Positions 60,960-64,000 of a stretch of DNA of 64,000 nt are shown one piece after another. Source of the stretch: Leucoraja ocellata (Eukaryota); the NCBI GenBank assembly GCA_036785375.1, contig JAWMAR010000020.1:5146001-5210000 (forward strand), written 5' to 3'. A program made the position numbers and the translations under genes. Positions within the stretch are counted from its first letter, which is position 1; every line of letters begins with the position of its first letter. A model generated the notes under the pieces. That model was given only the letters and a program-made list of their open reading frames with translations. It had not been told where the DNA came from and did no database searches.

Positions 60960-61301
60960 ATATACTATTAAGCTGAAAATAATGCTGAGAAGATTTATGA
61001 AGATGTCACCAAGACTCCAGGGCCTGAGATACAGGGAGAGGCTGTGTAGGCGAGGACTTTATTCCGTGAAGTACAGTGGGCTCTGGAGTAGAAGCTTCGT
61101 CATTGATCCTGTTTTGTTTTGCATTTCTTTGGATTTGCACATCATCAAATAGAGTGCAGAGAAGGTCTACGAGGTTATTGCCAGGATTAGAGGGCCTGAG
61201 CTATAGGGAGAGGTTGAGCAAGCTAGGACTTTATTCCTTGGCGCACAGGAGAATGCAGGATGATCTTGTGGAGGTTTATAACATCATGAAGCAGGCACGG
61301 A
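60960..61301 (+). mobile_element. Two CR1 RT C-terminal fragments
   Basis: RVQRRSTRLLPGLEGLSYRERLSKLGLYSL..RRM..DL.EVY.IM. Confidence 0.75.
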
Positions 61302-61491
61302 NNNNNNNNNNNNNNNNNNNNNNNNNNNNNNNNNNNNNNNNNNNNNNNNNNNNNNNNNNNNNNNNNNNNNNNNNNNNNNNNNNNNNNNNNNNNNNNNNNN
61401 NNNNNNNNNNNNNNNNNNNNNNNNNNNNNNNNNNNNNNNNNNNNNNNNNNNNNNNNNNNNNNNNNNNNNNNNNNNNNNNNNNNNNNNNNNN
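61302..61491. other. Assembly gap (N run)
   Basis: 190 consecutive N. Confidence 1.
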
Positions 61492-62004
61492 GCAAACTGT
61501 ATTGATAGATCATGATTGACTCCAGGTGGCTATTTTATTTCAAGAGTTAAAATGTAATGGCAAGTATTATAAATGGCACATATAAAAGAAAGCTAACAAA
61601 CCAAAGAAGAAACCATAATTGTTGGTATAATTTTCAGTAGCACTCATCACCTGTTTGTCTTCTGGTTTAGTTGTGAACAGGTGTGTTGTTGTCTTGTGGA
61701 TCGAAAGAAATTACCTGTTAAATTGAATGTGATTACTAACAATCGGAAACAGCTTTTATAAAGCGTGAATTGCTACATTATTATATGCATACCATTCAGG
61801 TTCTGGAAAGTCAGTTTCATACAGTCGTGGAATCATACAGAGAAAAATCATGGGTGATGTTTCTGGTCAGGACCCTTCTTCAGACTTCAACCACTAGAGC
61901 TGCTGCCTCACAGCACCAGAGACCAGGGTTCAATCCTGACTTCGGGTGCCATCTGTGTGGAGATTGCCCATTCTCCCTCTGACCATGTAGGTTTCCTCTT
62001 GTTC

Positions 62005-62097
62005 GAACAAGGGACTCGACGCGAAACGTCACCCATCCTTTAACTCCAGAGAAGCTGCCTGACCAACTGAGTTACTGCAGCACTTTGTGTCTATCTT
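62005..62097 (+). repeat. Penelope-like tail repeat (opposite-strand fragment at 61853-61887)
   Basis: AAGGGACTCGACGCGAAACGTCACC...GCTGCCTGACCAACTGAGTTACT. Confidence 0.65.
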
Positions 62098-62954
62098 AAT
62101 GTTTGGAGTTTTAAATAATCCTAACGTCAGATGGGAGTGGTGCCCCCAGGCCCACAGCCAGTGCAAAGAAGCAGCGCTAAATCCATCTCAACTCTCTGCC
62201 TGTTAACCTACCAGCCCTACCTGGACTTACGGGAACGACGGCCCAGGCTTACGACCAACGCAGCGAAGCAGCTCTAAATCCAGCTTAACTCTGCCTGTCT
62301 CACCGGATCAGATCTCCATTTCCATTTCATCTACCTGCCCTAGCTTGATATCACTCATAGAATATGTTCCCAGACAAGCATTTAACAAGAAATATTCAGC
62401 AGATCAAGCAGCAACTATGAAGGGGAAACAGTATGTGCTTCAAATCAATAATCTTTCATTTGAACCAAGACCTTTCTGCGAGGTGGTGAAGCAGCAGTTT
62501 AACTCAAGAAAGCAAAGGTTGTCTGATAAGGAGATCAAGAATGAGTGTGTGTACTAATGAAGGGTCATTGACCCAAAATATTAACTCTGTTTATCTTTTC
62601 ACATATGCTGTCTGACCTGTTGAGTATCCCCAGCATTTTCAGTTTAGATTTACAGCATTCACCGCTTAGTTTTTCTTTACAAAAAGGTATCAAGCTCAGT
62701 CTTCCAATTTTAATTGTCGACATTCAAAGTCTTTTAAGTAAGAAAATTCAAGATTTCTGCTCCCCTTTGTATGAAAAAGCATGATAAATCGAGCACCGTA
62801 ATCTTGATCACACAGAAGACACCCAATTCCGGAATCTGTACAAAACAAACTGCTGGAGGAATCCTGCAGGTCAGGCAGCATCTGTGGAAGGAAATGAACA
62901 GAGGAAGGGTCTCAAGCCAAATTTGCATCTGTACATTTCCCTTAACAGTATCTG

Positions 62955-63701
62955 GTTTGCATTGACAGCGCAGAAGTGGAGATGGTTGAAAGATTCAAAT
63001 CCCTAGGAGTAAATTTACCAACAATTTCTCCTAAACCATCCATGTTGAAGCAATGGCCAAGAAAGCACACCGACGACTCTACTTCCTTAGAAGGCTGCAG
63101 GGGTTCGGCATGTCCCCAACAACTCTCACCAACCCACAGATGTGGTGTAGAACGCATTTTAACGGGATGCATCAGAGCACGGTTTGGGAACAGCTCCATC
63201 CAAGACCGCAAGAAATTGCAGAGAATTGTGGACGCAGCCCAGACTATCACACAAACCAATCTTCCTTCCATTTAATCCATTTAAACCTCATGCTGCCTTG
63301 GTAAGGCCAGCAGCATAATCAAGGATGAGTCACACCCTGGCCACTCCCTCTTTTCCCATTTCCCATCAGGCAAAAGGTTCAGAAGTGTGAAAACGCACAC
63401 CTCCAGGTTCACTGACATTTTCTTCCCAGCTGTTATCAGGCCACTGAATCATCCTACCACAACTAGAGAGCAGTCTTGAACTACTATCTACCTCATTGGA
63501 GACCTTCGGACTATCTTTGACCGGACTCTACTGGCTTTATCTTCCACTAAACGCTATTCATGTTATTCACTTTATCATGTATCTGCACACTGTGAATAGC
63601 TCAATTTTCATCATGTATTGTCTTTCCACTGACTGGTTAGCATGCAACAAAAGCTTTTCACTTTACCTCGGTACACATGACAATAAACTAAACTAAACTA
63701 A
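62955..63701 (+). mobile_element. Rex/Babar-like LINE 3' end
   Basis: VERFKSLG, AKKAHRRLYFLRRL..FGMS, ILTGCI.A.FGN...QDRKKLQRIVDAAQTIT, tail ACATGACAATAAACTAAACTAAAC. Confidence 0.8.
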
Positions 63702-64000
63702 GATTCTGCCTGATACGCTGAGTTCCTCCGACAGTTTTTATTTGATCTAAGTTTTTGGAATTACCTGATAAGTATTAACATTTTGCAGCAAAAACGTGAT
63801 CAGAAATGCAAATTACATTTTTTAAAGGATTGTGATCGCTATTTAAAACACTGGCAAGGTGGATATCCCAAAATCCATTGACAGCCTTTCATTTTCATAA
63901 ATCATGCCCTGCTGAGATGAAGTATGCTCTCAAGATGATTGCTGTCGAAAGTAAAAGATATCTCAGTCATTTTGATGGAGCAACTCTCCCAATAGCTCTG

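Noticed and set aside
61076-61519. ORFs spanning the N run
   Set aside because: Artefacts of the assembly gap plus a CR1 fragment.
62165-62300. Imperfect direct repeat GCAGC.CTAAATCCA...AACTCT..GCCTGT
   Set aside because: Only two degenerate copies; not a CRISPR-like array and no further structure.

Overview
Eukaryotic, repeat-dominated DNA, most likely intronic or intergenic sequence from a cartilaginous fish (skate/ray-like). That assignment is inferred from the HE1/V-SINE-like SINEs and the CR1 families. I recognise no host protein-coding gene. Main content: (1) four young CR1 LINE insertions with (TATATGGT)n tails; (2) a decayed DIRS1-like tyrosine-recombinase retrotransposon (gag remnant, RT, RNase H, Dam-like methyltransferase, YR). 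Its internal complementary region (ICR), both termini and its ATTTT crossover core can all be read, and it sits in a three-layer nest (old CR1 > DIRS > young CR1); (3) a 5'-truncated Penelope-like element with an uninterrupted RT-Zn linker-GIY-YIG ORF, an 11-bp TSD and a minimal hammerhead-ribozyme motif in its 3' end, plus about ten dispersed non-autonomous copies of that hammerhead tail; (4) an L1/Tx1-clade LINE with a 15-bp TSD; (5) Harbinger-like MITEs with TTA TSDs, a pogo/Tc2-like remnant, Rex/Babar fragments, many tRNA-derived SINEs, two GC-rich non-coding retroposons sharing a covarying hairpin, microsatellites and one assembly gap. Weak signals (TATA box plus GTAAGT donors, small exon-like segments) suggest a possible minus-strand spliced host transcript. 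All calls were made by eye, with no database searches.
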